Source: a virus
Taxonomy: Duplodnaviria > Caudoviricetes
DNA: 64,000 bases
Virus record (IMG/VR): IMGVR_UViG_3300019378_000951
Coordinates: 152,391-216,390 of that record
Strand: one strand, 5' to 3'
A model generated the notes under the pieces. The model saw only the letters and a program-made list of their open reading frames with translations. It ran no database searches and had not been told where the DNA came from. Shown piece after piece: positions 20,052 through 30,888 of the stretch. The position numbers were made by a program, and so were the translations under genes. How positions within the stretch are numbered: the first letter of the stretch is position 1; each line of letters begins with the position of its first letter.

Positions 20052-23000
20052 TTGAATGTTAATACTAATAGAAAATTAAATGGCCCATATATACGAAATG
20101 TTATAAATTCGTTTGCAAAATCGGGAAGGGATGTAATGAAGGATACACTCCTTCCTTCTACATCCTCGTTGGTATATGACAAATACAATAAACTCAATGA
20201 AATTAAAGATTTTAAATATACATTCAAACAATTAAAAGACAAACTTACAACACCTAAATATTATGATGATAAGAGTCTTGATAATATCGAAGAATCTTTT
20301 AAAAGTGAACACTATTCATTTAGTAAAGACGTTAAAGACGTTACAGATAATAATATTAAATATTTTGAAAAAACTAATATAAATTTAAAAGTTGTAAAAG
20401 CAGATCTTATATCAAGCGATGTTGTGAAATCTGTTAAACATGCATTTTTAAATTCTAATAATATTCTTATTAAATCATTAGGTATAATATCAGCAAATGC
20501 AAATTTATTAGTTAAATTTCAAAATAACGTTCAAGTAAATTTTTATACTAATGTTACAGCTAACACCGGAACTATACTGCAATTAATAGCTGATAGTAAC
20601 AATAGTTTTGCGGAATTTTCTAGACAGAAATTATCAGTGCTTAAAAGTGATAATACAGAAAATCGTATAGAATCGTTAATACGAGTTGAAAAAATGTTTT
20701 CACTAGAAGAAATAGGACATGTAGTTAAAAAATCTTTAAAAAAATTAGGTATTGATGAAGATGAAATTGAAGATTTAATAAAATTAGCTTTAAAAAAACC
20801 GGCTTTTGGTTTACTAAATTTATTAACTACGATTACTGTTGACAAAAATAAAAGTAATCTTTTTAATGATGTAATTTCAGTTCCTAAAAATATTAATAAC
20901 TATATTGCAATGTTATTAAATTCTTTTAAAGACAGTGATGACCCTCTTATTAAATTTTTAGGAAAAAAATTTGCTCCTGAAAAAAGAGACACTAAAATTA
21001 TATACCGCGATAATTATAATAAAGAAAGTGCTAAATTTGATACATATAGTAAACGCGCAATTACACATGTAATACCCTCTTTATTATCACAAATATTAAA
21101 TAAGTTACAAAACAAGAACGGCGGTGATGAACTTATATATGACTATGATAATGGAGGATTTACCACACAGAATGCCGTTGAGAAACTTGAATCAAAAGAT
21201 ACAAAAAAAATTCAAATACGTATAAATAATTTGGACGATGCAAACAAAAAACGTAAATCTGTTAGAAATTTATTATCATATCAAGATAGGTTTAATAAAG
21301 TAAATACAGTTGATTATAAAAAACGAGAATATAATGAAAATACCAATAATATTAATAATATAGGAAATGCGCCACGAAATATACTTACAAAGTCTATTTT
21401 AAAAATAGATAACGCAGTATTAAATATTGAAAATCCAGATTCTAAATTGTCAAAAGTTATTAGTAAAACGTTAGGTTTTGTAGATAGCTTATTTGATAGT
21501 ACGACTGGCATGCCTAGCGTTGAAAATATAAAAAGAGCAATTATAGTTCCTATTAAGAAAAAATTTGGTGATTATATCACGTCTGTAAAAACTTATGTAA
21601 AAGAGACGTATCAAATTGCAGTAAATAGTATAGTTACTGCATTTAAAAAACCAGATAATAATCAATCTGTTAGATTTAACGAAAAACTTAAAAAATTTTT
21701 AACTGAAAAGATAATTATCCCATTAGGTACTAAATTAAATGATATAAAAACTAATCTTCTTTTAAAAATAAAAGAAAAATCACGTATAGTAGTTAAATCT
21801 ATTAAAAAAAGAATAGAAGCTAAAAAAGGTTCAGCATATATATCAAATGCAAATATTAAAAATGAAAAAACTATTGATATTGATTTAACTAATGATCCTT
21901 ATAGTTTTAATTTTGTTAAGTTCAATATGTTAACAATTGATAAAGAATTACTTCCATCTAATAATATAATAGAAACTATTTCAAATAAGATATATGATCT
22001 TATGCATATAATAGATAGTTATATTAAAAAATATAATAAAATTGAAAAACTTGAAAATAGACTTAAAATTCCAACATATGGATGGCTTGAAGCGACTATT
22101 AAATATTCGACATTATTAAAAATGTTTGTTAAAGACGTTATTAAATCAATAGAACCTATGACTATATTATTTAAAGGTTTTCAAACATTAAAAAGAATGG
22201 CACTTAATATATTAGGTAATATAACAGATGCTTTTGTTGGCGTATTTAAAGAAGCAACTAAATTTGTGCGTAATATAATTAGTATCTTTACAGAAAAAAT
22301 ACCAGCTGCTTTAAAATTTATTGATAGATTCACAGGCACAATATCTACTTTATTAAAATCTAAATTATCAAAAATCCCAACAATAGCTGTGGGTGCTATA
22401 GTATCAACGACTACGGTTATTATACATAAGGTTAATTCAATTTTAATAGATGGTGTAGGTTCTGCAATTCAATTTGTGGGAAAAGCAATAAGAAGTGTTT
22501 TATTAACAGCTAGATTATTAGGCAATTCGCTTAATAAATTAATGACTCAAGGTAAATATTATATTAAACAAGTATTACGAATTGGAAGTAGAATATTGGG
22601 AAATGTTTCGAGCGGACGTGATCCTTTTATAAATCGACTAGAATATGCTAATATTATTAAAGGACATTTAGACTATGTAGTTAAAAATGTTACTGCTGAA
22701 ATTGTTGAAAAAGATTCAAGACATGAAGATGAGAAAAAGGATGATGAAAAAGATATTGCAAAAGTGCAAGCAACTGCAAATAAGATTACCGGAACTATAT
22801 CGTCAAGAATAGAAAACCGTTCTAATATAGTAAATAACTTAGTTCAAAAATTATTAACTAAGCCCATCAATATTTTAAAAGGAATTTTTTATAATGTTAT
22901 TGGATTTATTATGGGAGGGACTATTACTTCTGGTATAGCCAATGTAGCAAGCAAAGCATGGCACACTGTAGGAAATAGTAAAATTGGTAAATTTTTAGGT

Positions 23001-24896
23001 CTCGATAAAGCTAATAAAATAAATGTTAAAAAAGTATATATTGATGGCGGTAGTCTAGATGATGGTGATAGCGGATTAATTAACAGTATTACTAACGGTA
23101 GTAAAAACTCAAAAAAATCTAAATCAATATTTAAAAAAATTGGCGGGTTTCTTTCAAAACATAAAAAAGAAGCAGCGATAATGGGAACAGCTGCAGTGGC
23201 TAGTGGAATTTTATATAAGACAAATAAAGATGACGAAAACAAAGAAAATAACGTTGATAATACAGAAACTGAATTAAAAGAATCGCCTTCAGATCAAGCC
23301 GAATCTACCGTTCAAACAGAATCTTCGGCTAAACCAATATCTACTACTTTAAATCGTACTACAGTTCAGCCTAATCAAATATCTGATGTCAATAATAACG
23401 ACACAGCTAAAGCTGAGATAATTATTAAAAATAATTTTAATGATAATTCAGTTGACAGTAATATTGAAAAATTATCATATACTAATGCTACTCCAAACAG
23501 TACTAAAACATTTAAAAATGTTGATACATCGACTGATAAACTTAAAAGAATATACAAAGAAAATATAGATTCTGAAATACATAATAAATCGTTATTATAT
23601 AATCGATTAAAAAAATCAGATAAAGAAATAATGTTAGCTCAAGAAGGGATTCAAGGTATTTATCGTAAAACTGAAGATCCATCTGAATACCATAAATTAA
23701 ATGCTGAAAGATTTAATTATAAAGGAATGCTTAATGATTTTCAAAAAGGATTTATGCAAGGAGGTATAATATTTGGAGTTATTAACGTTTTAGCTAAAAA
23801 TATTCAGCTTAGTAAGTTTAGAAGTTTAATTAAAGATAAACAGACACTTATTGATGCTGAAATGGTTGTTAGACGTAATTTAACTGGAAGAGACGTATTT
23901 AATGGTAGTTCATATGGCGAAGACGATTATAATGATGACTATGATAATCCAGGTGGAGGAAGTCCAGGTGGAGGAATGTTACCAGGAGGTAAAATAGATT
24001 GGCCATCAGGTAATATGCGTCTTGGAGAAAAAATAGTTAGATATGCGTTAGCATTTTTACCTCAAGGTAAAATAAATTACTCACAACCATTAAGAGACAA
24101 AATAGATAAACAGGGAGACAGAGCTGACTGTTCTTCATTCGTAAGACACGTTTATAAAGTTACTACAGGCATAAATCCAGGTAATACTTCAAGAGAACAA
24201 GATGATGCTGGTACTAAGGTGTCTAGAGTTGAAGATTTAAGAGAAGGGGATATTTTATGGAAATCTGGTCACGTTGGTTTATATGCTGGTGCAAACAACT
24301 ATATCGATGTTGGTGGACCAACTAATGGTAAAAATGACCCTAAATTTAAAAATATAGTAAAATTTAATTATTTTACCATGGGTCGAAGAGTTATAGATCC
24401 AGATCAAATGGTAGATAATACTCTTAATGATCCGAACACTGCACTTACTGGCCTTACAAGTGCAGGACTACCAGCAAGTGAAGTAAACAATGTAGATCCT
24501 AATGCCGCACTTAAAAATAATGCACAAAATGCCGATGAGGATATGGGAGATCCTGCTATACTTGATTTTAAAAATACTAATAATACAAAACTTAAACCAA
24601 TTCCATCATCATTAATTACTACTGAAAACGATAATAATATGTCAAGTATGCTAACAAGAATAAGCAATGCATCACCAGTTAAAAATATAACTGAAGGAAA
24701 AATTCAAGATATGTCGTTGGAAAAATTGACTAACCAACAAAGACAAGATACAACTTTATATGGAAGAGAAGGTACAATATATAAATTACAATCTGAAATT
24801 GTGAATTTATTGAAAAATATTGATGTGAATATAGAAACTATATTAAAACTTGAAGATCATTTAATACTACATCTACAACAAGTAGAGGGGCTATAG
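20052..24896 (+). CDS. Giant tape-measure-like virion protein with C-terminal NlpC/P60 peptidase domain
   Basis: ADCSSFV...EGDILW..GHVGLY. The TTG at 20052 follows SD ggaggtg (ORF track start 20040). Confidence 0.85.
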   Translation: MNVNTNRKLNGPYIRNVINSFAKSGRDVMKDTLLPSTSSLVYDKYNKLNEIKDFKYTFKQLKDKLTTPKYYDDKSLDNIEESFKSEHYSFSKDVKDVTDNNIKYFEKTNINLKVVKADLISSDVVKSVKHAFLNSNNILIKSLGIISANANLLVKFQNNVQVNFYTNVTANTGTILQLIADSNNSFAEFSRQKLSVLKSDNTENRIESLIRVEKMFSLEEIGHVVKKSLKKLGIDEDEIEDLIKLALKKPAFGLLNLLTTITVDKNKSNLFNDVISVPKNINNYIAMLLNSFKDSDDPLIKFLGKKFAPEKRDTKIIYRDNYNKESAKFDTYSKRAITHVIPSLLSQILNKLQNKNGGDELIYDYDNGGFTTQNAVEKLESKDTKKIQIRINNLDDANKKRKSVRNLLSYQDRFNKVNTVDYKKREYNENTNNINNIGNAPRNILTKSILKIDNAVLNIENPDSKLSKVISKTLGFVDSLFDSTTGMPSVENIKRAIIVPIKKKFGDYITSVKTYVKETYQIAVNSIVTAFKKPDNNQSVRFNEKLKKFLTEKIIIPLGTKLNDIKTNLLLKIKEKSRIVVKSIKKRIEAKKGSAYISNANIKNEKTIDIDLTNDPYSFNFVKFNMLTIDKELLPSNNIIETISNKIYDLMHIIDSYIKKYNKIEKLENRLKIPTYGWLEATIKYSTLLKMFVKDVIKSIEPMTILFKGFQTLKRMALNILGNITDAFVGVFKEATKFVRNIISIFTEKIPAALKFIDRFTGTISTLLKSKLSKIPTIAVGAIVSTTTVIIHKVNSILIDGVGSAIQFVGKAIRSVLLTARLLGNSLNKLMTQGKYYIKQVLRIGSRILGNVSSGRDPFINRLEYANIIKGHLDYVVKNVTAEIVEKDSRHEDEKKDDEKDIAKVQATANKITGTISSRIENRSNIVNNLVQKLLTKPINILKGIFYNVIGFIMGGTITSGIANVASKAWHTVGNSKIGKFLGLDKANKINVKKVYIDGGSLDDGDSGLINSITNGSKNSKKSKSIFKKIGGFLSKHKKEAAIMGTAAVASGILYKTNKDDENKENNVDNTETELKESPSDQAESTVQTESSAKPISTTLNRTTVQPNQISDVNNNDTAKAEIIIKNNFNDNSVDSNIEKLSYTNATPNSTKTFKNVDTSTDKLKRIYKENIDSEIHNKSLLYNRLKKSDKEIMLAQEGIQGIYRKTEDPSEYHKLNAERFNYKGMLNDFQKGFMQGGIIFGVINVLAKNIQLSKFRSLIKDKQTLIDAEMVVRRNLTGRDVFNGSSYGEDDYNDDYDNPGGGSPGGGMLPGGKIDWPSGNMRLGEKIVRYALAFLPQGKINYSQPLRDKIDKQGDRADCSSFVRHVYKVTTGINPGNTSREQDDAGTKVSRVEDLREGDILWKSGHVGLYAGANNYIDVGGPTNGKNDPKFKNIVKFNYFTMGRRVIDPDQMVDNTLNDPNTALTGLTSAGLPASEVNNVDPNAALKNNAQNADEDMGDPAILDFKNTNNTKLKPIPSSLITTENDNNMSSMLTRISNASPVKNITEGKIQDMSLEKLTNQQRQDTTLYGREGTIYKLQSEIVNLLKNIDVNIETILKLEDHLILHLQQVEGL

Positions 24897-24920
24897 TAGC
24901 CCCTCAGAAAGGAGAGCGCT

Positions 24921-27900
24921 ATGGCTGTAAACCTTACTCCGAATAATAATTTCAGTAAACCTAAATTTGTTAAAAATTTAGTACGAACAGTTTCTACTAT
25001 GGGCAAAGAAATATTTAGTGAATATATGCCTGAAACTGTAAAAATTTACGACACTAATAAAGATTTTGCAAAAAAGATAAAAGCTAATAATAATATGAAA
25101 ATTTCCTTAAAAGATATTACATCAAATGATGTATATAAATCTGGAAAGCAATTAATAGCTAATGCAGTTGAAGATCTTAAAACAGGTAATTTTTATAATG
25201 AAGATCGTATTAATAAAAACATGGAAGCTGCAGCTAGTGAAATGTTTGGTATAGATTTTAGTTTTTTAAATAGTCTAGATTCAGATAAAGATAGTATAAA
25301 CAATGATATTAAAACTGAAACTAGAGAAATAAATGGCAATAAAGTTACTGTAACTACTAATAGAAGTACATTAGTTATAAATGATAATATGAATGCAATA
25401 AATATGTCATTTAAAAGTATAGCAAAAGTAATTTCAAAAAATCAAAATATTGCATTTAATAATCTTAACAGAAATTTTAATGAAATGCTATTATTTAAAA
25501 CTGAAACTACTTTAAAGTTTTATAATAGTATGTCAAATCAATTTATGCAAATTAATAATACAATTAATACATTTTATCGAAATGCGGAAAAATTAACAAA
25601 AATAGAATTAGGCGGACTTAAAGAGAGCAATACGTTTAATCAGCTTAATATACTTTTAGGGTCTTCAGAGCTATTATCATTAGGTTATTATATAGACAAA
25701 TTAAAACCGACCGGTTTTAATAAAAGTGCATTATCACCTATAATGAATGGTATTAAACATGCTTTAATGTTTGCGATGCCTCCAGTGGTTAAAGATACAC
25801 TAGCTGAAACTAATAAGATAATTAAAAATTTACCAATAATGTTAAATCAAAAATTCGGAGATATGAAAAATAGTGATAATTCGTTAAGCCAGTTAATTGG
25901 TGGCACTTTTCATAAAGATTTAAATGATGGTAAGTCTAATTATAAAATAAAAAATCAAGCCGTAGGCTTTGACGGTATTACGCGACGAGCAATAGTTAAT
26001 GTTATACCATCGTTAATATCAAAAATCATAAATGCTATGCGAAAAGGAAACGATAGTGATGAACTAGTTTATGATTATCAAGCAGGCGCATATAGAACTA
26101 AAGGAGATATTAAAAAAGCCAGCGAAATGCAATTCCAGCAACAAATAAGAGGGACTGCAGGGTTTGAAAGTGATATTGAAAAATATAAAAATAAGGTAAT
26201 GAGTAATGTAGCTGCGAGTCTAGGTGTTGATAAAAATAGTAAGAAAACTCGTAGAGAAATTGATAAATCAATTTATAAAATGTTAAAAAATAAAGAGCTA
26301 CCTATAAAAGGCGGAAAATATAGTAAAAATGATAAAATAAACGAAGCAATTATTGAAACTTTTTTAAAAATGACTCCTCTTGAAAAGGTTGATTTTGTTA
26401 ATGCAGTAACACGTCTTACAACACCTCAAGAATGGTTAGAGCAAAATGAATCTTATCATAATATATTTGATCCTCTTGGATATGACGATATTAAAAAGAA
26501 ATATGATAAAGATCACCGAGAAGAATTATATCTTTATTTTAAATCAAAAGGAATGGATACATTAGCAGATCATGTTAGAGAGGGAGATGCATATAATAGA
26601 AGTGAAAATAAATTAAGTAAATTAAATCCATTTTATTATATAGTAGAAGGCTTAAGAGCTGGTAATGACCTTATCACAAAAACATTATTGTCAGATCCTG
26701 ATGATAATATTGACAAGAATTCATTTATAGGTAAGCTAAATCAAAAAATAAACTACATACTATCAAAGCCTTTATCTGAACACATACAAGATTTATCTAA
26801 AAAATTTAAACAACGAATTGGAAAAAATCCTTTTATCGAAGAAATTAAAAATGCCGGTTTAGTAACTGGTATAAAAGGGCTTTTTAAAGAAGCTTCACAA
26901 TATATTAAAGGTGGAAATTTAAATAATAATGGTTCTAATAAAAGTAAATTAGTTGATAAATTAAAAGAAGATTTTATAGATCCGATAATTAAAATATTCA
27001 AACATGCAGTAACTGATCCTATTAAAAAACAAGCAAGCCAAATAGGAGATTTCGCTAAAAATGTATTTTCGACAATTACTGAACCTGTAAAAAGAGTTTT
27101 TAATGAATATAAAACTAAATATAATACACTAAAAGTACAAAATACTGTAGCAAATTCATATGTCTCACGTGCTAAAACTGAAAATGAATTAAAAACTAAT
27201 GAAAATCAAGCAAGTAAAGAAATTACAGATGAATTTAAGAAAAATGAGGAAAAATATACGGAATTAGACAAATCTGTATCTAGGGGAATTTTAGATATGG
27301 TTAAATCTATAAGAACTGATTTAGTTAGTCCTATAGATGCTTTTACTACATCCATAGCTTTAGTATTAAAAGACGGAGATGCATTTGTTTCAAAAATGAA
27401 TGATTTTAAATTTAAATTAGATACTGATCATGAAAATCTTAAGGCTCATGTAATGGATATTGATGACCAAAATTCAGCTGAAAATATTAATAATAGACTT
27501 ATTGAATATCAAAAATTATCTACTGAAATTCAAGATTTAATATTTAATATAGAATCTGCGTTAAATCAAGCTAAATCTGGGGAAGATGATGATGAAGATG
27601 ACGATGATGATACTAAGAATCCAACAATTGAAAAAGTAACTGGTGTACTAAAAAAAGGAATAACTAAAGGTAAAAATGTATTAGAAAAAATTAAAGATAA
27701 ACTTACGGATCAAGGTTCTAAAACACCGATTATTGACTCTTTTAAAAAATTAGGAAATAAAACTGTATCTACAATAACAGGAGTCATAGGCGACATGATG
27801 AATAATATAAGCAGAACATCTGGAGCAGTTTCAAATATTTTAGCAAATGTACTTTCAGTAAGCCAAGATTTTTTTGCAAATACATTTCCTAATTTATTAA

Positions 27901-30845
27901 AAACTGCGGGGGCTGAAATAAAAAATGTTGCTACTACTGCATTAGAAGAACTTAAAAACACAGGTTCAGATGTTTGGGAGGAACTTAAAAATACAGGATC
28001 TAAAATATGGACTAATGCTAAAAATATTTTCAGCACTATTGGAAATCAAATATTTGATTTTCTAGGTAAGGTGAGACAACAAGAATTTGATGTTTATATT
28101 GAAGGCGGTACATTAACGGGTATACATAACACTGTATATTATATTAAACCTAAAAAATCTGGATACCAATACATGAAAAATAAATTTAAACAAGAAGATG
28201 CAGATGACGCAGAAGATACAGATGAAAGTAATGAAAATTCTAAAGAAGCTAAAGAAACTATAACTCAACGTATTAAAAATAGATTTAAATTTATGGGTGA
28301 CATTATTAAATCTGTAGCTTCTACAGCATTAAATGCCGTTGTGAGTGGAGTTAAAAATTTAGCAAGCTCACTTTTAAGTACAATAGGCACTACTATATTA
28401 TCAGTAATCGGTCCTAAGTTAGGCAGTGTTTTGAAAAAATATGGTGGAAAAACTATAAATTGGGCTAGGAACACAATAGGTAAAGCTAAAAATAGGACTA
28501 AAAAAGGTAAAAAGAATTTAAGCAAAATTTTAGGAAAAGCCGGTAGTGCTGCATCAGTTGCAAATGGTTTATTATCTGATTCAACACCAGTATATGTTGT
28601 TGGTGGTATTCTGGACGGCGTTGGAAATGGAATTGTTGACGATGTAGTAGATGATGTAGTAGATGATATAATTGATGATGTTGATGATAAACTAAAAAAA
28701 GAAGCGGCTGAAGAAGTATCTGAAGAAGCTTTAGAAAAAATGGCTAGAGAAGCAGCTGAACACTCGGACGATGCAGGTAAAGGTCTAGGTAAAATATCTA
28801 AGTGGTTCGGTGATACTAAATTAGGAAAATTAATAGGCGGAACAGCTCTTGGAAAAAAAATAAAATCATTAACTTCAAAATCAGGTAAAAAAACAGGTTG
28901 GATTAGTAAATTAAAAAAATCGTTAGGTGTTTCCGATGATATTGCGGATGCTACTAAATCTAGTAAGTTTTTACAAAAATTACTTGGAATGACTACTAAA
29001 TCCGGTGGAAGTATAATGGATATTATGAAATCAATCGGTGCGGGTAAATTAGCGGGATTACTGGATGGATTTTCTTTATTAAAATCTGGTAAGCTTGTTA
29101 AAGCCGGGGGAAAATTATTACCAATAGTTGGTGATATAGCATCAATTATAGATATAGGTTCAGATATATGGAAAGCTTTTACATCTGAAACTTTTGGTAA
29201 AAAAGTAGGTTCAGCAATATCTGCAATATTAAAAGTAGGAGTAGAAGCTCTGGATATAGTTACTGGAGACACAGGATTAGTTTCAATAGTTGGTGGATTA
29301 TTAGCTGAATGGTTAACTGATAAAATCGCTAACGGTATTGATAAATTATTATCAAAATTTGGATTTGGCAAAAAGAAAAAAGATAAAGATAAGGAAGAAG
29401 AATCTAAAATTTCACAAAATAATGTTTCTATGAATCCAGATGAAAATTCAGCATTTATTGATACAACTAGTAACCCAGTAAATGCATTATCTCAAAATGC
29501 AGCACCGGACACTCAAATAGCTGTAAAAACTAGTAGTGCAAAAGAATATAGAGATTTCAAACAAGATGAAGCCGATAAAGAAGCAAAATTCCTTGCTAGA
29601 TTAAGTCAATCTGAACGTGATGAATACTTAAGCAATAAAAATGCATCAGTATATTCGTCAATATTAAGATCACAAGATGGTGGAAAAATGGTTCGTACAT
29701 TAATGAACACCGCTATATTGGCTAGTTCTATGAACGCTGGAATGACTGAAGGGGATATAATGGCGTTATTAAATAATTCATTAGTTAAAGCTATTAAAAC
29801 TAATGTTGTCGATGATGGTGTTCATGGTGACGGTATTTACGGAACTTTATGGGGTACTTATGGTAATAATGGCAATGACGGAGGAGGCGGCTCTGGTGGC
29901 GGAGGAGGCGGCTCTGACGGCGGAGGAGGCGGTGGAGGTGGAACTTCACCTACACCTGGCGAAGATGTTTCCAAAGAAACAAATGTAACTTCAGCTGTAT
30001 GGAAATTCTTTACAAGTAGAGGTTATTCGCCAGCAGCTACAGCTGGTATAATGGGGAACTTGCAACAAGAATCTGGAATGAACCCTTCTAGATACCAATC
30101 TGGTGGCGGACCTGGTCGTGGTATAGCTCAATGGACTGTAAGCGAAGAAAGATTTAAAGGATTAAAAGCACACGCGGCAAGTAAAGGAAAAGATTGGACT
30201 GATTTACAATCTCAATTAGAATGGTTAGAAATGGAATTAAATGGTAAAGACCCTACAACGTCGTCCATACTTAAAAAACAATTTGGCGGGTTAGAAAATT
30301 TTAAAAAGGCTACTGACTACAAATGGGCAGTTCAAGCTTTTGAGAAATCATTTGAAAGAGCAGGTAAACCGATGTGGGAAAAACGTTATAATTACGCACA
30401 ATCGTTTTATGATAAATTTTCATCATCTGCAGTGTCTATGGATAATACATCTAATTCAATTCTCAATTTATTAGGAAATATGCCAATTCCTGAAGGTGCT
30501 TTATCAACTAGCGATGCAACTTTAACTGGAAGATTTGCTACATCAATGGATACGTCACTTGCAAATGTAAATACAATATCTGAGAACATTAACGTTATAA
30601 ATAATACTCCATTAAATAATCCAGTAACATTAAAAAGTTCGCTAGACGAAGCAATATATCTTCTTAACAATATTAATAACAATATGGAGAAAAGTATTAA
30701 TAAAGAAGTAGTAGTAGAAAAAACTCAAAATGATACAAAATTAGATAACAGTAAAAATCCTTTTGTAGATTTTACTGATAATAATATAGATTTAAGTTTA
30801 AGAAGCTTCAGTATAGATATAAAGGCAATATTAGAGGGGATATAA
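24921..30845 (+). CDS. Giant tape-measure-like virion protein with C-terminal phage-tail lysozyme domain
   Basis: AATAGIMGNLQQESG...GRGIAQWT...QLEWL..EL...FER; 11-aa repeat EELKNTGSxxW; hydrophobic Gly-rich helices. Confidence 0.85.
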   Translation: MAVNLTPNNNFSKPKFVKNLVRTVSTMGKEIFSEYMPETVKIYDTNKDFAKKIKANNNMKISLKDITSNDVYKSGKQLIANAVEDLKTGNFYNEDRINKNMEAAASEMFGIDFSFLNSLDSDKDSINNDIKTETREINGNKVTVTTNRSTLVINDNMNAINMSFKSIAKVISKNQNIAFNNLNRNFNEMLLFKTETTLKFYNSMSNQFMQINNTINTFYRNAEKLTKIELGGLKESNTFNQLNILLGSSELLSLGYYIDKLKPTGFNKSALSPIMNGIKHALMFAMPPVVKDTLAETNKIIKNLPIMLNQKFGDMKNSDNSLSQLIGGTFHKDLNDGKSNYKIKNQAVGFDGITRRAIVNVIPSLISKIINAMRKGNDSDELVYDYQAGAYRTKGDIKKASEMQFQQQIRGTAGFESDIEKYKNKVMSNVAASLGVDKNSKKTRREIDKSIYKMLKNKELPIKGGKYSKNDKINEAIIETFLKMTPLEKVDFVNAVTRLTTPQEWLEQNESYHNIFDPLGYDDIKKKYDKDHREELYLYFKSKGMDTLADHVREGDAYNRSENKLSKLNPFYYIVEGLRAGNDLITKTLLSDPDDNIDKNSFIGKLNQKINYILSKPLSEHIQDLSKKFKQRIGKNPFIEEIKNAGLVTGIKGLFKEASQYIKGGNLNNNGSNKSKLVDKLKEDFIDPIIKIFKHAVTDPIKKQASQIGDFAKNVFSTITEPVKRVFNEYKTKYNTLKVQNTVANSYVSRAKTENELKTNENQASKEITDEFKKNEEKYTELDKSVSRGILDMVKSIRTDLVSPIDAFTTSIALVLKDGDAFVSKMNDFKFKLDTDHENLKAHVMDIDDQNSAENINNRLIEYQKLSTEIQDLIFNIESALNQAKSGEDDDEDDDDDTKNPTIEKVTGVLKKGITKGKNVLEKIKDKLTDQGSKTPIIDSFKKLGNKTVSTITGVIGDMMNNISRTSGAVSNILANVLSVSQDFFANTFPNLLKTAGAEIKNVATTALEELKNTGSDVWEELKNTGSKIWTNAKNIFSTIGNQIFDFLGKVRQQEFDVYIEGGTLTGIHNTVYYIKPKKSGYQYMKNKFKQEDADDAEDTDESNENSKEAKETITQRIKNRFKFMGDIIKSVASTALNAVVSGVKNLASSLLSTIGTTILSVIGPKLGSVLKKYGGKTINWARNTIGKAKNRTKKGKKNLSKILGKAGSAASVANGLLSDSTPVYVVGGILDGVGNGIVDDVVDDVVDDIIDDVDDKLKKEAAEEVSEEALEKMAREAAEHSDDAGKGLGKISKWFGDTKLGKLIGGTALGKKIKSLTSKSGKKTGWISKLKKSLGVSDDIADATKSSKFLQKLLGMTTKSGGSIMDIMKSIGAGKLAGLLDGFSLLKSGKLVKAGGKLLPIVGDIASIIDIGSDIWKAFTSETFGKKVGSAISAILKVGVEALDIVTGDTGLVSIVGGLLAEWLTDKIANGIDKLLSKFGFGKKKKDKDKEEESKISQNNVSMNPDENSAFIDTTSNPVNALSQNAAPDTQIAVKTSSAKEYRDFKQDEADKEAKFLARLSQSERDEYLSNKNASVYSSILRSQDGGKMVRTLMNTAILASSMNAGMTEGDIMALLNNSLVKAIKTNVVDDGVHGDGIYGTLWGTYGNNGNDGGGGSGGGGGGSDGGGGGGGGTSPTPGEDVSKETNVTSAVWKFFTSRGYSPAATAGIMGNLQQESGMNPSRYQSGGGPGRGIAQWTVSEERFKGLKAHAASKGKDWTDLQSQLEWLEMELNGKDPTTSSILKKQFGGLENFKKATDYKWAVQAFEKSFERAGKPMWEKRYNYAQSFYDKFSSSAVSMDNTSNSILNLLGNMPIPEGALSTSDATLTGRFATSMDTSLANVNTISENINVINNTPLNNPVTLKSSLDEAIYLLNNINNNMEKSINKEVVVEKTQNDTKLDNSKNPFVDFTDNNIDLSLRSFSIDIKAILEGI

Positions 30846-30888
30846 TATTTATCCCCTTTATTACTAAATGAAAGGGGGATAAAAATTT

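Noticed and set aside
28265-29371. Long antisense ORFs (e.g. 28265..29371, 7581..8255, 33585..34265, 15734..16348)
   Set aside because: Shadows of codon-biased sense genes, with no SD or recognisable motifs.
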